This document shows positions 39,008 to 49,384 of a DNA stretch of 64,000 nt, piece by piece. This stretch comes from Patescibacteria group bacterium. Its GTDB lineage: Bacteria > Patescibacteriota > Dojkabacteria > JAKAPS01. The stretch spans positions 39,289 to 103,288 of the forward strand of contig JANWIC010000007.1 in NCBI GenBank assembly GCA_025450075.1. The letters are read 5' to 3'. How positions within the stretch are numbered: position 1 is the first letter of the stretch; each line of letters begins with the position of its first letter. A model generated the notes under the pieces. That model was given only the letters and a program-made list of their open reading frames with translations, searched no databases and was not told the DNA's origin. A program made the translations under genes and the position numbers.

Positions 39008-40210
39008 ATGGCAACTTTCGACAGAAGCAAACCACACAAGAATGTAGGTACTATTGGTCACGTAGATCATGGTAAGACTACTCTTACAGCAGCAATTTTA
39101 AAAGTTCTTGCAGCAGCAGGTCATGCAGCACAAACAAAAGGAGTACAGGATCTTGATAAAGCTCCTGAATCCCGAAGTCGTGGTATTACTATTGCTACGG
39201 CTCATACAGAATATGAGACAGACAAGTTTCACTACGCACATGTAGACTGTCCTGGTCACGCTGACTATATTAAGAACATGATTACCGGTGCTGCTCAAAT
39301 GGATGGAGCTATCCTCGTTGTTGCAGCTACTGATGGACCTATGCCTCAAACACGAGAGCATATTTTGCTTTCCCGACAGGTAGGAGTTCCAAAAATTGTT
39401 GTATTTATGAACAAGGTTGATATGGTAGAAGATGCAGAGTTATTGGATCTTGTTGAACTTGAAATACGTGAAGTACTTTCCCGATACGAATTCCCAGGAG
39501 ATGATACTCCTGTAATTCGAGGCTCAGCTCTAAAGGCTTTAGAATGTGCTTGCGGAAAAAGAGATTGTGAATGGTGCGGAAAAATCTTGGAACTTATGGA
39601 TCAAGTCGATGATTATATCCCAGTACCAGAACGAGCAATTACTAAACCATTCTTGATGCCTGTTGAAGACGTTTTCTCAATTGAAGGACGTGGAACTGTA
39701 GCAACAGGAAGAGTTGAACGAGGAGAAGTAAAGGTAAACGAAGAAGTGGAACTGGTTGGAATTGTAAAAGATGCAAAAAAACTTGTCGTAACCGGTGTAC
39801 AGATGTTCAACAAAGATTTGGACAAAGGTATGGCAGGAGATAACATTGGAGTACTTCTCCGTGGTATTAAAAGAGAAGAAGTAGAACGAGGACAAGTTCT
39901 TGCAAAACCAGGAAGCATTACTCCTCATACAGATTTTGAAGCAGAAGTATACGTTTTAACTAAAGAAGAAGGTGGACGACATACTCCTTTCTTGAAAGGA
40001 TACAGACCACAATTCTATCTAAGAACTACTGATGTTACTGGAGAAGTCACCTCACTTCCCGATGGAGTTGAAATGGTGATGCCAGGAGACAATACCAAAG
40101 TAACAGTATCACTCGTTACTCCGGTAGCTATGGAAGATGGACTAAGATTTGCAATTCGTGAAGGTGGAAGAACAGTAGGAGCAGGAGTTGTAACTAAGAT
40201 TTTGAAGTAA
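39008..40210 (+). CDS. tuf: elongation factor Tu
   Basis: [17 protein letters not shown] and NKVD. Start is ATG 39008. Confidence 0.99.
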   Translation: MATFDRSKPHKNVGTIGHVDHGKTTLTAAILKVLAAAGHAAQTKGVQDLDKAPESRSRGITIATAHTEYETDKFHYAHVDCPGHADYIKNMITGAAQMDGAILVVAATDGPMPQTREHILLSRQVGVPKIVVFMNKVDMVEDAELLDLVELEIREVLSRYEFPGDDTPVIRGSALKALECACGKRDCEWCGKILELMDQVDDYIPVPERAITKPFLMPVEDVFSIEGRGTVATGRVERGEVKVNEEVELVGIVKDAKKLVVTGVQMFNKDLDKGMAGDNIGVLLRGIKREEVERGQVLAKPGSITPHTDFEAEVYVLTKEEGGRHTPFLKGYRPQFYLRTTDVTGEVTSLPDGVEMVMPGDNTKVTVSLVTPVAMEDGLRFAIREGGRTVGAGVVTKILK

Positions 40211-40222
40211 TTTAGTAATCAA

Positions 40223-40256
40223 GTCAGAAAAGCAGTTGTAAGACTGCTTTTTTGAC
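40223..40256 (+). terminator. intrinsic terminator/attenuator between tuf and rpsJ
   Basis: GTCAGAAAAGCAGTT-GTAA-GACTGCTTTTTTGAC hairpin with a T-run. Confidence 0.75.
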
Positions 40257-40278
40257 CGCTATTTAAAAACAGCTTAAA

Positions 40279-40584
40279 ATGGCATTAAATCGCATAAGAG
40301 TAAAATTAAAAGGATATGATTCAAAAGTTGTCGACAAATCGGCAGCTCAGATTCTTGAAGCCGCGATGAGGACCGGTGCTAAGGCATCCGGACCTGTACC
40401 GTTGCCAACCCGGCTGAAGAAATATAGCGTTAACGAGTCTCCACATGTACACAAAAGATCTATGGAGCAATTTGAAATACGGGTTCACAAGAGACTTATT
40501 GATATTCTAGACCCGACTTCAAAAACGATTGATTCCCTGACACATTTGCAATTACCTGCAGGTGTAGGAATCGAGATAAAGTAA
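40279..40584 (+). CDS. rpsJ: 30S ribosomal protein S10
   Basis: GPVPLPT, SPHVHK and HKRLIDI. Confidence 0.98.
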   Translation: MALNRIRVKLKGYDSKVVDKSAAQILEAAMRTGAKASGPVPLPTRLKKYSVNESPHVHKRSMEQFEIRVHKRLIDILDPTSKTIDSLTHLQLPAGVGIEIK

Positions 40585-40630
40585 ATCCTGGTTTATTTTA
40601 TCGGCTTTACACATATAGCTATGTATATTT

Positions 40631-41236
40631 ATGAATACGATACTAGGAAGAAAAAAAGAAATGACACAAATCTTCGATCAGAAGACAGGAAGAGCTATTC
40701 CAGTCACGCTAGTTGATGCACGAGGATGTTTAGTCGTAGGAAAAAAATCTCAAGAAAAAGATGGATATGAAGCACTTAAGCTTGGACTTGGCGTCAGTAA
40801 GAATCCAACAATGCCTGAAGCAGGAAAATATAAAGGATTGCGCGTTCCCCAGTTTGTAAGAGAAGTAAAAACAAGTGAAGTTTTAGAAATAGGAACTCCA
40901 GTCTTAGTTGATAGTTTCGCAATCGGAGATAAAGTAAAAGTTATTGGTGTATCAAAAGGAAAAGGATTTTCAGGAGTTATGAAGAGATGGCATTTTGCAG
41001 GAACTGGTACACGAACTCATGGGCAATCTACAAAGCCAAGACATCCAGGATCTATTGGAGCTGGTACAACACCGGGTAGAGTTTTTAAAGGAAAGAAGAT
41101 GGCTGGTAGAATGGGAAATGATAGAGTAACAGTAAAAAATGTTGAAGTGGTATTTATTGATGTTAATTCACATCTTATTGGTTTAAAGGGAATGATTCCT
41201 GGAGCCAAAAATGGTTTAGTTGAAATAAGAAAGTAA
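40631..41236 (+). CDS. rplC: 50S ribosomal protein L3
   Basis: SKGKGFSG and PGRVFKGKKMAG. Confidence 0.98.
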   Translation: MNTILGRKKEMTQIFDQKTGRAIPVTLVDARGCLVVGKKSQEKDGYEALKLGLGVSKNPTMPEAGKYKGLRVPQFVREVKTSEVLEIGTPVLVDSFAIGDKVKVIGVSKGKGFSGVMKRWHFAGTGTRTHGQSTKPRHPGSIGAGTTPGRVFKGKKMAGRMGNDRVTVKNVEVVFIDVNSHLIGLKGMIPGAKNGLVEIRK

Positions 41237-41238
41237 TT

Positions 41239-41985
41239 ATGAAAGCTGTTGTATTACAAAAAAACGGAAAGGTATCAAAGAAATTCTTCACATTACAGGA
41301 AGATATATTTGCAAATAAAGCAGGTACAAATGTCTTACGACAGGCTGTACATATCCATATGGCAAACACCCGAACTGGAACTGCTAAAGCAAAGAACAGA
41401 GGTGAAGTTTCTGGAACTGGTAAGAAACCATGGGCAAATAATAAAATCGGAAAAGCGCGAACAGGAGATGAAAGAACTCCTATCTTTAGACATGGTGGAG
41501 TATCACACGGCCCTGTTCCAATGAACTATGGATTGAAGCTTCCAAAAAAAATGGCTGAAATAGCACTATATCAAGCTCTCACTCACGCACAAAATCAAAA
41601 TCGATTATTTATTGTTGAAGACTTTACCATTTCTGGTGAAAAACTAACAAAAGCAGCGGCAGAAATAGTAAAGGCATTAACAACACAAGCAGGAATTCCA
41701 ATGAAAAGAGTTGTGATCTATACACTCCAGTATGACGAATTACTTAAGCGTGCATATAACAACATTCCAGGAATTGAGGTTCGGGCAATGCAGCATATGA
41801 ATGCATATGACGTGCTTTCAGCAGGAACAGTTATCCTGATGGAATCAGTAATGGAAGTATTGAACGGAACAAAAGCAGAAAATGAAAAACCAAAAGTTGA
41901 AGAAAAGAAAACTGAAGTAAAAACAAAGGCACCGGTAAAAGCAGCTACAAAAACCGCAACAAAATCAAAAGTAGTTAAGAAATAA
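41239..41985 (+). CDS. rplD: 50S ribosomal protein L4 with Lys/Ala/Thr-rich C-terminal tail
   Basis: RGEVSGTGKKPW, GGVSHGP and synteny. Confidence 0.97.
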   Translation: MKAVVLQKNGKVSKKFFTLQEDIFANKAGTNVLRQAVHIHMANTRTGTAKAKNRGEVSGTGKKPWANNKIGKARTGDERTPIFRHGGVSHGPVPMNYGLKLPKKMAEIALYQALTHAQNQNRLFIVEDFTISGEKLTKAAAEIVKALTTQAGIPMKRVVIYTLQYDELLKRAYNNIPGIEVRAMQHMNAYDVLSAGTVILMESVMEVLNGTKAENEKPKVEEKKTEVKTKAPVKAATKTATKSKVVKK

Positions 41986-41987
41986 TT

Positions 41988-42302
41988 ATGAATATACATA
42001 CTATATTAAAAAGTCCAAGATTAACAGAAAAAGCATATATGAACATTGCTAGAAGCGCATATGTGTTTGATGTCGACCTTAAGGCATCAAAGGGAGATAT
42101 TAAAGAAGCTGTTGAATCATTGTTTGATGTTGATGTTGTATCAGTCAGAACAATGACTATCCGAGGTAAGAAAAAGGCTCGTGGAAGAAGCAGAAAGATT
42201 GTAAAGACTGCAAAGTTAAAAAAGGCAGTCGTTGAAGTAGCTGAAGGACAGACAATATCAATTTTTGATGAAATATATAAGTCTGAAGAGGAAAAGAAAT
42301 AA
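41988..42302 (+). CDS. rplW: 50S ribosomal protein L23
   Basis: TEKA, IKEAVESLF and KKAVV. Confidence 0.97.
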   Translation: MNIHTILKSPRLTEKAYMNIARSAYVFDVDLKASKGDIKEAVESLFDVDVVSVRTMTIRGKKKARGRSRKIVKTAKLKKAVVEVAEGQTISIFDEIYKSEEEKK

Positions 42303-42304
42303 CC

Positions 42305-43135
42305 ATGGCATTAACGAAATATAAACCAACAACACCAACACGACGTTTTACGGTACTATTAAAATCCGAAAAACGAAATAACCCTGAGAAATCACTTCTT
42401 AGCCCGATGAAATCAAAGGCAGGAAGAAATAACCAGGGTAGAATCACCACCAGACATCAAGGTGGAGGTGTAAAACGAAGATATAGAAATATTGATTTTA
42501 AAAGAGATAAATATGATGTCCCTGCAGTAGTAAAAAGCATCGAATACGATCCAAACCGAACGGCAAATATTGCTCTTCTTGTATATAAAGACGGAGAAAA
42601 GCGATATATCATTGCTCCATCAGGTTTGAAAGAAGGTGCAATTCTAGTTTCTGGGGAAAAAGCTCCAATTAATATTGGAAATAGTCTTCCATTAAAGAAT
42701 ATTCCATTGGGAGCAACAATATATAATATTGAAATTCGCCGAGGAAAAGGAGGACAGCTTGTTCGATCAGCAGGTGCACTTGCCCAAATCCAATCAATGG
42801 ATAAGGGATATGTACAAATCAAACTTCCATCAGGTGAAATAAGATTGGTAAATGGCGAAAATTATGCTACAATAGGGGGCGTTGGAAACGAAGAACTTAT
42901 AAATATAAAGTTAGGGAAAGCAGGTAGAAGCAGGTATTTAGGTATAAGACCGGGAGTTCGAGGTATGGCAATGCATGCTGAACAGCATCCACACGGAGGA
43001 GGAGAAGGAAAGGGACAAGTTGGAGGTGTGGCAAAGGATATTTGGGGTAACCGACGAGGGAGAAATACAAGAAAAAATAAAGTAAGTTCAAGATTTATTA
43101 TAAAACGCAGAAAAGGAAAGAAACTTAATAAATAA
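42305..43135 (+). CDS. rplB: 50S ribosomal protein L2
   Basis: GRNNQGRIT, EYDPNRTA and HPHGGGEG. Confidence 0.98.
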   Translation: MALTKYKPTTPTRRFTVLLKSEKRNNPEKSLLSPMKSKAGRNNQGRITTRHQGGGVKRRYRNIDFKRDKYDVPAVVKSIEYDPNRTANIALLVYKDGEKRYIIAPSGLKEGAILVSGEKAPINIGNSLPLKNIPLGATIYNIEIRRGKGGQLVRSAGALAQIQSMDKGYVQIKLPSGEIRLVNGENYATIGGVGNEELINIKLGKAGRSRYLGIRPGVRGMAMHAEQHPHGGGEGKGQVGGVAKDIWGNRRGRNTRKNKVSSRFIIKRRKGKKLNK

Positions 43136-43138
43136 TAT

Positions 43139-43447
43139 ATGTCACGATCATCGAAAAAAGGTCCTTATGTGGACGAAAAATTATTAAAGAAAATATTACA
43201 TCAAAGAGAAGCTAATGATTATCGACCTATTAAAACATGGGCACGAGCATCAACAATCTCTCCTGAAATGGTTGGTTTTACCTTAGCTATCCATAACGGA
43301 AAAACTCATGTTCCTGTCATTGTGAATGAATCAATGGTAGGACATAAAGTCGGTGAATTTGCTTTGACTCGAATGTTTCGAGGTCATAGTAAAAAAGGTA
43401 AAATTGCTCAAAATACCGGATCTACCGGAAGAACTGAATCAAAGTAA
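43139..43447 (+). CDS. rpsS: 30S ribosomal protein S19
   Basis: [15 protein letters not shown] and MVGHKVGEF. Confidence 0.98.
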   Translation: MSRSSKKGPYVDEKLLKKILHQREANDYRPIKTWARASTISPEMVGFTLAIHNGKTHVPVIVNESMVGHKVGEFALTRMFRGHSKKGKIAQNTGSTGRTESK

Positions 43448-43450
43448 CAT

Positions 43451-43801
43451 ATGGATCCTAAAGCGCAAAAAATTGAAGCAAAAAACACAATGGTTCGTAT
43501 TTCACCACGTAAGTTACGTTTAGTGGCAGATACGGTCAGAGGTAAAGATGCATTAGTATCTGTAGATACATTGCAATTTCTGCCAAAAAAAGGAAGCATT
43601 ATGATCCTGAAGGTATTAAAGAGTGCAATGGCAAATGCAGAACATAATTTTAATTTGCGAGCTAAAGATTTGTATGTAAAAGAAATTCGAGTTGATGAAG
43701 GTCCAACATACAAGAGGTTTCGAGCAGTATCACGAGGAAGAGGAAGACAAATATTAAAACGTACAGCACGTATATCAATTACATTAGGATTAAAGAAGTA
43801 A
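43451..43801 (+). CDS. rplV: 50S ribosomal protein L22
   Basis: ISPRKLRLV, SAMANAEHN and VDEGP. Confidence 0.98.
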   Translation: MDPKAQKIEAKNTMVRISPRKLRLVADTVRGKDALVSVDTLQFLPKKGSIMILKVLKSAMANAEHNFNLRAKDLYVKEIRVDEGPTYKRFRAVSRGRGRQILKRTARISITLGLKK

Positions 43802-43802
43802 T

Positions 43803-44447
43803 ATGGGACAAAAAATCCATCCAGTAGGATTTCGACTAGGAACAAATAGAACATGGTCATCAGTTTGGTTTGCAAATGATACCGCTACATATGTTAAAAA
43901 TTTACACTCCGATATTAAGGTAAGAAAATTTGTACTGAAAGCATTAAAAGCATCAGGTGTTGCAGAAGTTAATATCAAGAGAGCATTAAATAACGTCGTT
44001 ATTGAAATTCATGTTGCACGACCTGGTATGGTAATTGGAAAAGGTGGAAAAGGACTTGAAGATCTTACAAAAGAACTGACAAAGATGCTTGGTACAGAAC
44101 CAAGACTTGAAGTAAAAGAAGTAAAAAATCCATCATTAGAAGCTAGAATAATCGCACAAAACATTGTCGACGGAATCCAAAAACGTGTCAGTCCAAAATT
44201 TCTAATGACAAAGGAACTGGAAAGAATCAAAGATGCAGGAGCATTAGGTGGGAGAATCTGGATTTCAGGATTAATTGGCGGAAGCCAGATCCATAGAACA
44301 GAAAAAAAGAGCTTTGGAACTATTCCATTACAAACACTCCGAGCTGATATCAGCTATGCTGGACTTGACGCATTGACATATAACTCAGGAGTAATGGGAG
44401 TAAAGGTTTGGATTTATAGAGGAGAAAAGAAAGATTACGACGCTTAA
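43803..44447 (+). CDS. rpsC: 30S ribosomal protein S3
   Basis: GQKIHPVGFRLG, KH motif PGMVIGKGG and PLQTLRADI. Confidence 0.98.
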   Translation: MGQKIHPVGFRLGTNRTWSSVWFANDTATYVKNLHSDIKVRKFVLKALKASGVAEVNIKRALNNVVIEIHVARPGMVIGKGGKGLEDLTKELTKMLGTEPRLEVKEVKNPSLEARIIAQNIVDGIQKRVSPKFLMTKELERIKDAGALGGRIWISGLIGGSQIHRTEKKSFGTIPLQTLRADISYAGLDALTYNSGVMGVKVWIYRGEKKDYDA

Positions 44448-44466
44448 TTAAACTATTTAGGAAATT

Positions 44467-44865
44467 ATGTTACAGCCTAAGAAACAAAAATACAGAAAAA
44501 GCTATAACGCAGCAATGAGAGGTGTCAATCATCAAACACTTAGTTTTGGTGAATTTGGTGTGCTTGCCGCAACTCCAGGGTTTATCACAGCAAGACAGAT
44601 TGAAGCAGCTCGAAAGGCTATGTCTCATTATACAAAGCGATATGGTAAAATCTGGATCAGAATTTTTCCCCAGATTCCTGTAACGAACAAACCACAAGGA
44701 CTTAGAATGGGTGGAGGAAAAGGTGCAGTTGTATCATTTGGTTCACCAATAAAGGTAGGAACAATTGTTTTTGAAATGGGAGGAGTTCCACGAGAGATTG
44801 CAAAAGAAGCATTCAGATTGGCAGGAAACAAATTACCTTTAAAATTAGAATTTATTGAAAAATAA
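44467..44865 (+). CDS. rplP: 50S ribosomal protein L16
   Basis: MLQPK, QIEAAR and RMGGGKG. Confidence 0.98.
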   Translation: MLQPKKQKYRKSYNAAMRGVNHQTLSFGEFGVLAATPGFITARQIEAARKAMSHYTKRYGKIWIRIFPQIPVTNKPQGLRMGGGKGAVVSFGSPIKVGTIVFEMGGVPREIAKEAFRLAGNKLPLKLEFIEK

Positions 44866-45086
44866 TGATAAATTTAAACGAACTACGAAAAACAAACTTA
44901 AAGGATCTTGCAAAAAAGTTTCATGATTTGGACAAGGAAATTGCAATAGAATCTTTCCATATACAGTCACGAAGAAGTACGAAAACAGCACAACTTCGAG
45001 CAATGAAAAAAGATCTTGCAAGGATTGCAACAGTAATAAATGAATTAAAACTTTTATCTACAATACATGGAAAAGAAGAAAAGTAA
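44865..45086 (+). CDS. rpmC: 50S ribosomal protein L29
   Basis: ELR...KKDLARIAT and synteny. Confidence 0.93.
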   Translation: MINLNELRKTNLKDLAKKFHDLDKEIAIESFHIQSRRSTKTAQLRAMKKDLARIATVINELKLLSTIHGKEEK

Positions 45087-45339
45087 TACAAAAAAACAGC
45101 AGGTACTCGTCCATAAGAGAAAATTAACGGGTATCGTAGTATCAAATAGTATGATAAATACTGTTGTCGTAAAAGTAACGACAAAAAAGATCCATCCTAT
45201 ATATAAAAAAGTTATTAAAACTTGGAAAAAATATAAAGCAGAAACTGCTGGAATACAATATGAAGTCGGTGAAGTTGTTACCATCCAGGAAGCCAGGAAG
45301 ATGTCAAAAGATAAGAAATGGCTAGTTTTATCTAAATAA
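45067..45339 (+). CDS. rpsQ: 30S ribosomal protein S17
   Basis: GIVVS, HPIYKK and SKDKKW. Confidence 0.96.
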   Translation: MEKKKSNTKKQQVLVHKRKLTGIVVSNSMINTVVVKVTTKKIHPIYKKVIKTWKKYKAETAGIQYEVGEVVTIQEARKMSKDKKWLVLSK

Positions 45340-45348
45340 TACGAATCA

Positions 45349-45720
45349 ATGGTACAGTCACAAACAATATTAAAATGCGCAGATAACACAGGAGCAAAAG
45401 AACTTCTTGTTATTGGAGTAAGAGTCGGTTCTAACCATGAGTTTGCATCAGTTGGTGATATTGTCAGCTGCAGCGTAAAAAAAGCTCAGGCAGGCGGAAG
45501 CGTAAAGACTCATGAAAAAGTAAAGGCAGTGGTTGTTAGGACAAGAAAAGAAGTACGAAGACAAGACGGATCCTATATCCGATTTGACGATAATGCAGCA
45601 GTAATTATTGACCCTAAATCAAAAGAACCAAAAGGAACTGCAGTATTTGGCCCTGTTGCACGAGAGCTTCGGGATAGAGGATATATGAAGCTTATTAGTT
45701 TAGCTCCAGAAGTATTATGA
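45349..45720 (+). CDS. rplN: 50S ribosomal protein L14
   Basis: ADNTGAK, FDDNAAV and ISLAPEVL. Confidence 0.98.
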   Translation: MVQSQTILKCADNTGAKELLVIGVRVGSNHEFASVGDIVSCSVKKAQAGGSVKTHEKVKAVVVRTRKEVRRQDGSYIRFDDNAAVIIDPKSKEPKGTAVFGPVARELRDRGYMKLISLAPEVL

Positions 45721-46004
45721 AACTGAGAAAAAACGATAAAATAAAAATAGTACGTGGAAAAGACAAAGGGAAAGAGTCAGTGATTGAACGGGTTTTGCCT
45801 AAAAGCGGCAAAATATATGCAAAAGATATCAATATCGTTAAAAAACATGCAAAGGGGAGAGGTATTATCGACCTTATCAAGCCGGTTCAGGCTTCAAATG
45901 TTATGGTAATCTGTCCGAATTGCAATAAACCAACAAGAGTAGGATATAAAGTTGAAAAAGAGAAAAAAACCAGATTTTGTAAACAATGTCAAAAAGACTT
46001 CTAA
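45717..46004 (+). CDS. rplX: 50S ribosomal protein L24 (CxxC..CxxC type)
   Basis: KOW motif GKDKGK, SNVM and CPNC...CKQC. Confidence 0.96.
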   Translation: MKLRKNDKIKIVRGKDKGKESVIERVLPKSGKIYAKDINIVKKHAKGRGIIDLIKPVQASNVMVICPNCNKPTRVGYKVEKEKKTRFCKQCQKDF

Positions 46005-46774
46005 ATACGGACAATTTTGATGTCATTGGCGGAAGAAACCTGGTACAAGAAGCGCTGAAAGCAGGAAATGATGTAAAAAGGATATATATTGAAAATGCAA
46101 TAAAAGAATCGAAAAACTATGGCAATGATGCTAGAATTCATGATATAATCAGCATTGCCAGATCAAGGAATATTCCTGTTGAGTATATCTCAAGGGATGA
46201 TATCCGATTACTTGAAAAAGATGAAGGAGTAAGAACAGAAGGAGTAGCAGCATTCCTGCCACAACGAGTAGAGCTTACTGTTTCAGATATCTTTGCACTT
46301 TGTAAACAGAAAAATAAGGAACCTTTTATCATACTGGTAAATAATATCTTGTATGAGGAGAATCTTGGAGCAATACTTCGCACATGCGCTGCAGGTGGTG
46401 TTGATGCTCTCATTATTCCAAAACGGGATAACCGTTCCCTTACTCCAAATGTGAGGCGAATCTCAATGGGAGGAAGTGAATATGTACCATTAGTACGTTC
46501 AAATCTTTTTGAAGCACTTGATGAGATACATGATGAAGGAATTCAGATTATCGGTGTTGAACTAAATGGTTCAGCATACTACTATGATGCGAATCTTAGC
46601 GGCCCGATTGCAATTATCTTAGGTGGTGAAGATGCTGGTCTTACAGCTCCATTACAAAAGCGATGCGATCAGGTGGTGAAGATTCCTATGATAGGAATGA
46701 TCCAGTCACTGAATGTATCAGTAAGTACTGCGATTTTAATATATGAGAAAATACGACAGGAATGTCAAAATTAA
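45986..46774 (+). CDS. SpoU/TrmH-family RNA 2'-O-methyltransferase (RlmB-like)
   Basis: GRNLVQEAL, NLGAILRT, ILGGEDAGL, IPM and SLNVSVS. Confidence 0.92.
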   Translation: MSKRLLNTDNFDVIGGRNLVQEALKAGNDVKRIYIENAIKESKNYGNDARIHDIISIARSRNIPVEYISRDDIRLLEKDEGVRTEGVAAFLPQRVELTVSDIFALCKQKNKEPFIILVNNILYEENLGAILRTCAAGGVDALIIPKRDNRSLTPNVRRISMGGSEYVPLVRSNLFEALDEIHDEGIQIIGVELNGSAYYYDANLSGPIAIILGGEDAGLTAPLQKRCDQVVKIPMIGMIQSLNVSVSTAILIYEKIRQECQN

Positions 46775-47304
46775 GAGAAAAATATAACAAAGAAATACAA
46801 CAGAAATTAATGAAAGAATTGCAGCTTTCAAATGTCCATTCTGTACCGGCACTTAAGAAAATTGTGCTTAATATTGGTGCAGGAGAGGCAGTTGCAAATC
46901 CAAAGGTTGTTGAGATTACACAAGAAATTCTGAGCGCAATAACTGGCCAACGTGCAGTTATTACAAAAGCAAAGAAGTCTATCTCAAACTTTAAGATTCG
47001 TGAAGGTTTGGCAATTGGATCAATGGTTACCCTACGTGGTGATAAGATGTGGGATTTTTACGAAAAACTTATTGATATTGTAATCCCTCGTATCAAGGAC
47101 TTTCGGGGATTGAACCCGTTCGCATTTGATAATGCAGGAAACTATACATTAGGAATAAAAGATCATACAATCTTTCCAGAGATTGATCCAAATGAAATTG
47201 ATAAGGTACGAAGTCTTGAAATAACTTTTGTAACAAGCGTAAATGATAAGGAAGCTTCAAAAAAACTTCTTCGTGAGTTAGGTCTTCCACTTAAGAAAGA
47301 ATAA
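46762..47304 (+). CDS. rplE: 50S ribosomal protein L5
   Basis: KKSISNFKIREG and PRIKDFRG. Confidence 0.98.
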   Translation: MSKLREKYNKEIQQKLMKELQLSNVHSVPALKKIVLNIGAGEAVANPKVVEITQEILSAITGQRAVITKAKKSISNFKIREGLAIGSMVTLRGDKMWDFYEKLIDIVIPRIKDFRGLNPFAFDNAGNYTLGIKDHTIFPEIDPNEIDKVRSLEITFVTSVNDKEASKKLLRELGLPLKKE

Positions 47305-47307
47305 AAA

Positions 47308-47502
47308 ATGGCAAAAAAATCACAAGTTGTAAAACAACAAAAATTAATGAAAAAATCAAAATACCCTACTCGTGTATATAACCGATGTCTTCGATGTGGG
47401 AGACAAGGTGCATACATGAGAGATTTTGGCATGTGCAGAATTTGTTTTAGAGAACTTGCACATAAAGGTGAAATACCGGGTGTAACAAAATCATCCTGGT
47501 AA
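47308..47502 (+). CDS. rpsN: 30S ribosomal protein S14 (Zn-binding type Z)
   Basis: CLRCGR...CRICFRE and GVTKSSW. Confidence 0.98.
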   Translation: MAKKSQVVKQQKLMKKSKYPTRVYNRCLRCGRQGAYMRDFGMCRICFRELAHKGEIPGVTKSSW

Positions 47503-47522
47503 TATATATTTTACATTGAACA

Positions 47523-47918
47523 ATGACAGATCCAATAGCTGACTTATTAACACAAATACGAAATGCAGGACTAAGAAGAATAGCTTCCATTAATGTTCCT
47601 CATTCTAAAATGAAAGAACAGATTGTTCAGATTTTAAGAGATGAGCATTTCATTACAGATTATTCTGTAACAACTGATGAAGTAACCGGATTTAAGTACT
47701 TGCATATTGTCCTTCGATACACAAAGACTAGAATGGCTATTGAAAAATTGAAGAGAGTTTCTAAACCTGGTATTCGAAGATATGTCAGTTATGATAAAAT
47801 TCCTACGGTAAGAGGAGGAATTGGAATATGTGTTGTCAGTACATCAAAAGGAGTCATGACAGGAAGAAGAGCAAAAGAGGAAAAAGTTGGGGGAGAATTA
47901 CTTTGTACTATCTATTAA
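47523..47918 (+). CDS. rpsH: 30S ribosomal protein S8
   Basis: DPIADLLT, SKPG and STSKGVMT. Confidence 0.98.
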   Translation: MTDPIADLLTQIRNAGLRRIASINVPHSKMKEQIVQILRDEHFITDYSVTTDEVTGFKYLHIVLRYTKTRMAIEKLKRVSKPGIRRYVSYDKIPTVRGGIGICVVSTSKGVMTGRRAKEEKVGGELLCTIY

Positions 47919-47925
47919 TACATAT

Positions 47926-48489
47926 ATGTCACGTATAGGAAAACAACCAGTTACAATTCCATCAGGCGTAGAAGTTATGGTTGATGAAGCAATGATTCGT
48001 GTAAAAGGACCTAAAGGTGAATTGAGCATTGTACGTCCTCCATTGGTAACAATCGAGCAGGATGCAAATGAAGTAAGAGTTTCAATTCCTGAAGACAAAA
48101 AAGGAGATAGGATCTACAAATCATATTATGGACTTACCAGAAGCTTGATTAATAATCTGGTATTAGGTGTAACACAAGGATATAAGAAAGAATTGGAGAT
48201 GAAAGGAATTGGTTATCGTGCAGCAATGCAAGGAAATAACCTTGTTCTAAATGTAGGATACTCACACCAAGTGAATATTCCACAAGAAGAAGGGATCACT
48301 TTTAATGTAGTAGATAATGTTAATATCACAGTTGAAGGGATTGATAAACAACGGGTTGGTCAGGTAGCTGCAAATATTCGAAAAGTACGAGAACCGGAAC
48401 CATATAAAGGGAAGGGAATAAGATATAAAGATGAAATTGTACGAAGGAAGAGTGGAAAGAGCGGAAAAGGTGCAAAAGGAGCTAAATAA
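47926..48489 (+). CDS. rplF: 50S ribosomal protein L6
   Basis: MSRIGK start at 47926 and PEPYKGKGI. Confidence 0.98.
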   Translation: MSRIGKQPVTIPSGVEVMVDEAMIRVKGPKGELSIVRPPLVTIEQDANEVRVSIPEDKKGDRIYKSYYGLTRSLINNLVLGVTQGYKKELEMKGIGYRAAMQGNNLVLNVGYSHQVNIPQEEGITFNVVDNVNITVEGIDKQRVGQVAANIRKVREPEPYKGKGIRYKDEIVRRKSGKSGKGAKGAK

Positions 48490-48510
48490 TATATTATAGT
48501 TTTTACAGCA

Positions 48511-48858
48511 ATGTCAGTACGAACGGTTAAAAGACACAGAAGACTCAGAAAAAAAATTCATGGAACTCATGAAAGACCGAGACTATCTGTCTATCGAAGT
48601 TTGAAAGGCTTGTATGCCCAGATTATTGATGATGATAAATCAGTAACTCTTCTTGGCATGAGCGATAAAGTTGTTCAAAAAGGATCAAAAACAAAATTAA
48701 CGAAAAAAGATGCAGCTTATGAATTAGGTAAGGCAATGGCGAAACAGGCAAAAGATCAAAAGATTTCAGCTGTTGTATTTGACCGAGGCGGAAATAAATA
48801 TCATGGAAGAATAGCTGAATTTTCACGAGGTGCTCGCGAAGGTGGACTAATATTTTAA
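48511..48858 (+). CDS. rplR: 50S ribosomal protein L18
   Basis: RPRLSVYRS and VFDRGG..YHGR. Confidence 0.98.
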   Translation: MSVRTVKRHRRLRKKIHGTHERPRLSVYRSLKGLYAQIIDDDKSVTLLGMSDKVVQKGSKTKLTKKDAAYELGKAMAKQAKDQKISAVVFDRGGNKYHGRIAEFSRGAREGGLIF

Positions 48859-48873
48859 TCTAAATATATTCGT

Positions 48874-49383
48874 ATGGCAGAAGAAAAAACTAATCAAAGG
48901 ATTAACACAAAAGATGACAGAAAAGGTGCTCCAAGAGCTGGTGCAGAAGATGGATTTGACCAGATTGCTGTTGAAACAAGAAGAGTGACAAAAGTAACAA
49001 AAGGTGCAAAGCGATTCAGATTCAGTTCTGTCGTTGTAGTCGGAAATAGATCTGGCAAAGTAGGTATTGGAATTGGAAAAGGCGGAGACCCAAAACAGGC
49101 TATAGAAAAGGCAGCAAAATATGCTAAGACGCACTTATTTGATGTAACATTAAAAGGAACGACAATTCCTCATATTATTGAAACTGATTATGGTGCTTCA
49201 AAGGTATTATTAAAACCAGCTGCACAAGGTACAGGAATTATTGCAGGAAGCAGCGTTCGAGCAGTTGTTGAACTTGCAGGTATAAAAGATATCCGTGGAA
49301 AAATTATTGGCAGTAACAATAAAGTAAATAATGTGTACTGTACATTAAAAGCACTTACACTACTTAGGGATAAAAGAATATAA
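48874..49383 (+). CDS. rpsE: 30S ribosomal protein S5
   Basis: RVTKVTKG and PAAQGTGIIAG. Confidence 0.98.
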   Translation: MAEEKTNQRINTKDDRKGAPRAGAEDGFDQIAVETRRVTKVTKGAKRFRFSSVVVVGNRSGKVGIGIGKGGDPKQAIEKAAKYAKTHLFDVTLKGTTIPHIIETDYGASKVLLKPAAQGTGIIAGSSVRAVVELAGIKDIRGKIIGSNNKVNNVYCTLKALTLLRDKRI

Positions 49384-49384
49384 T

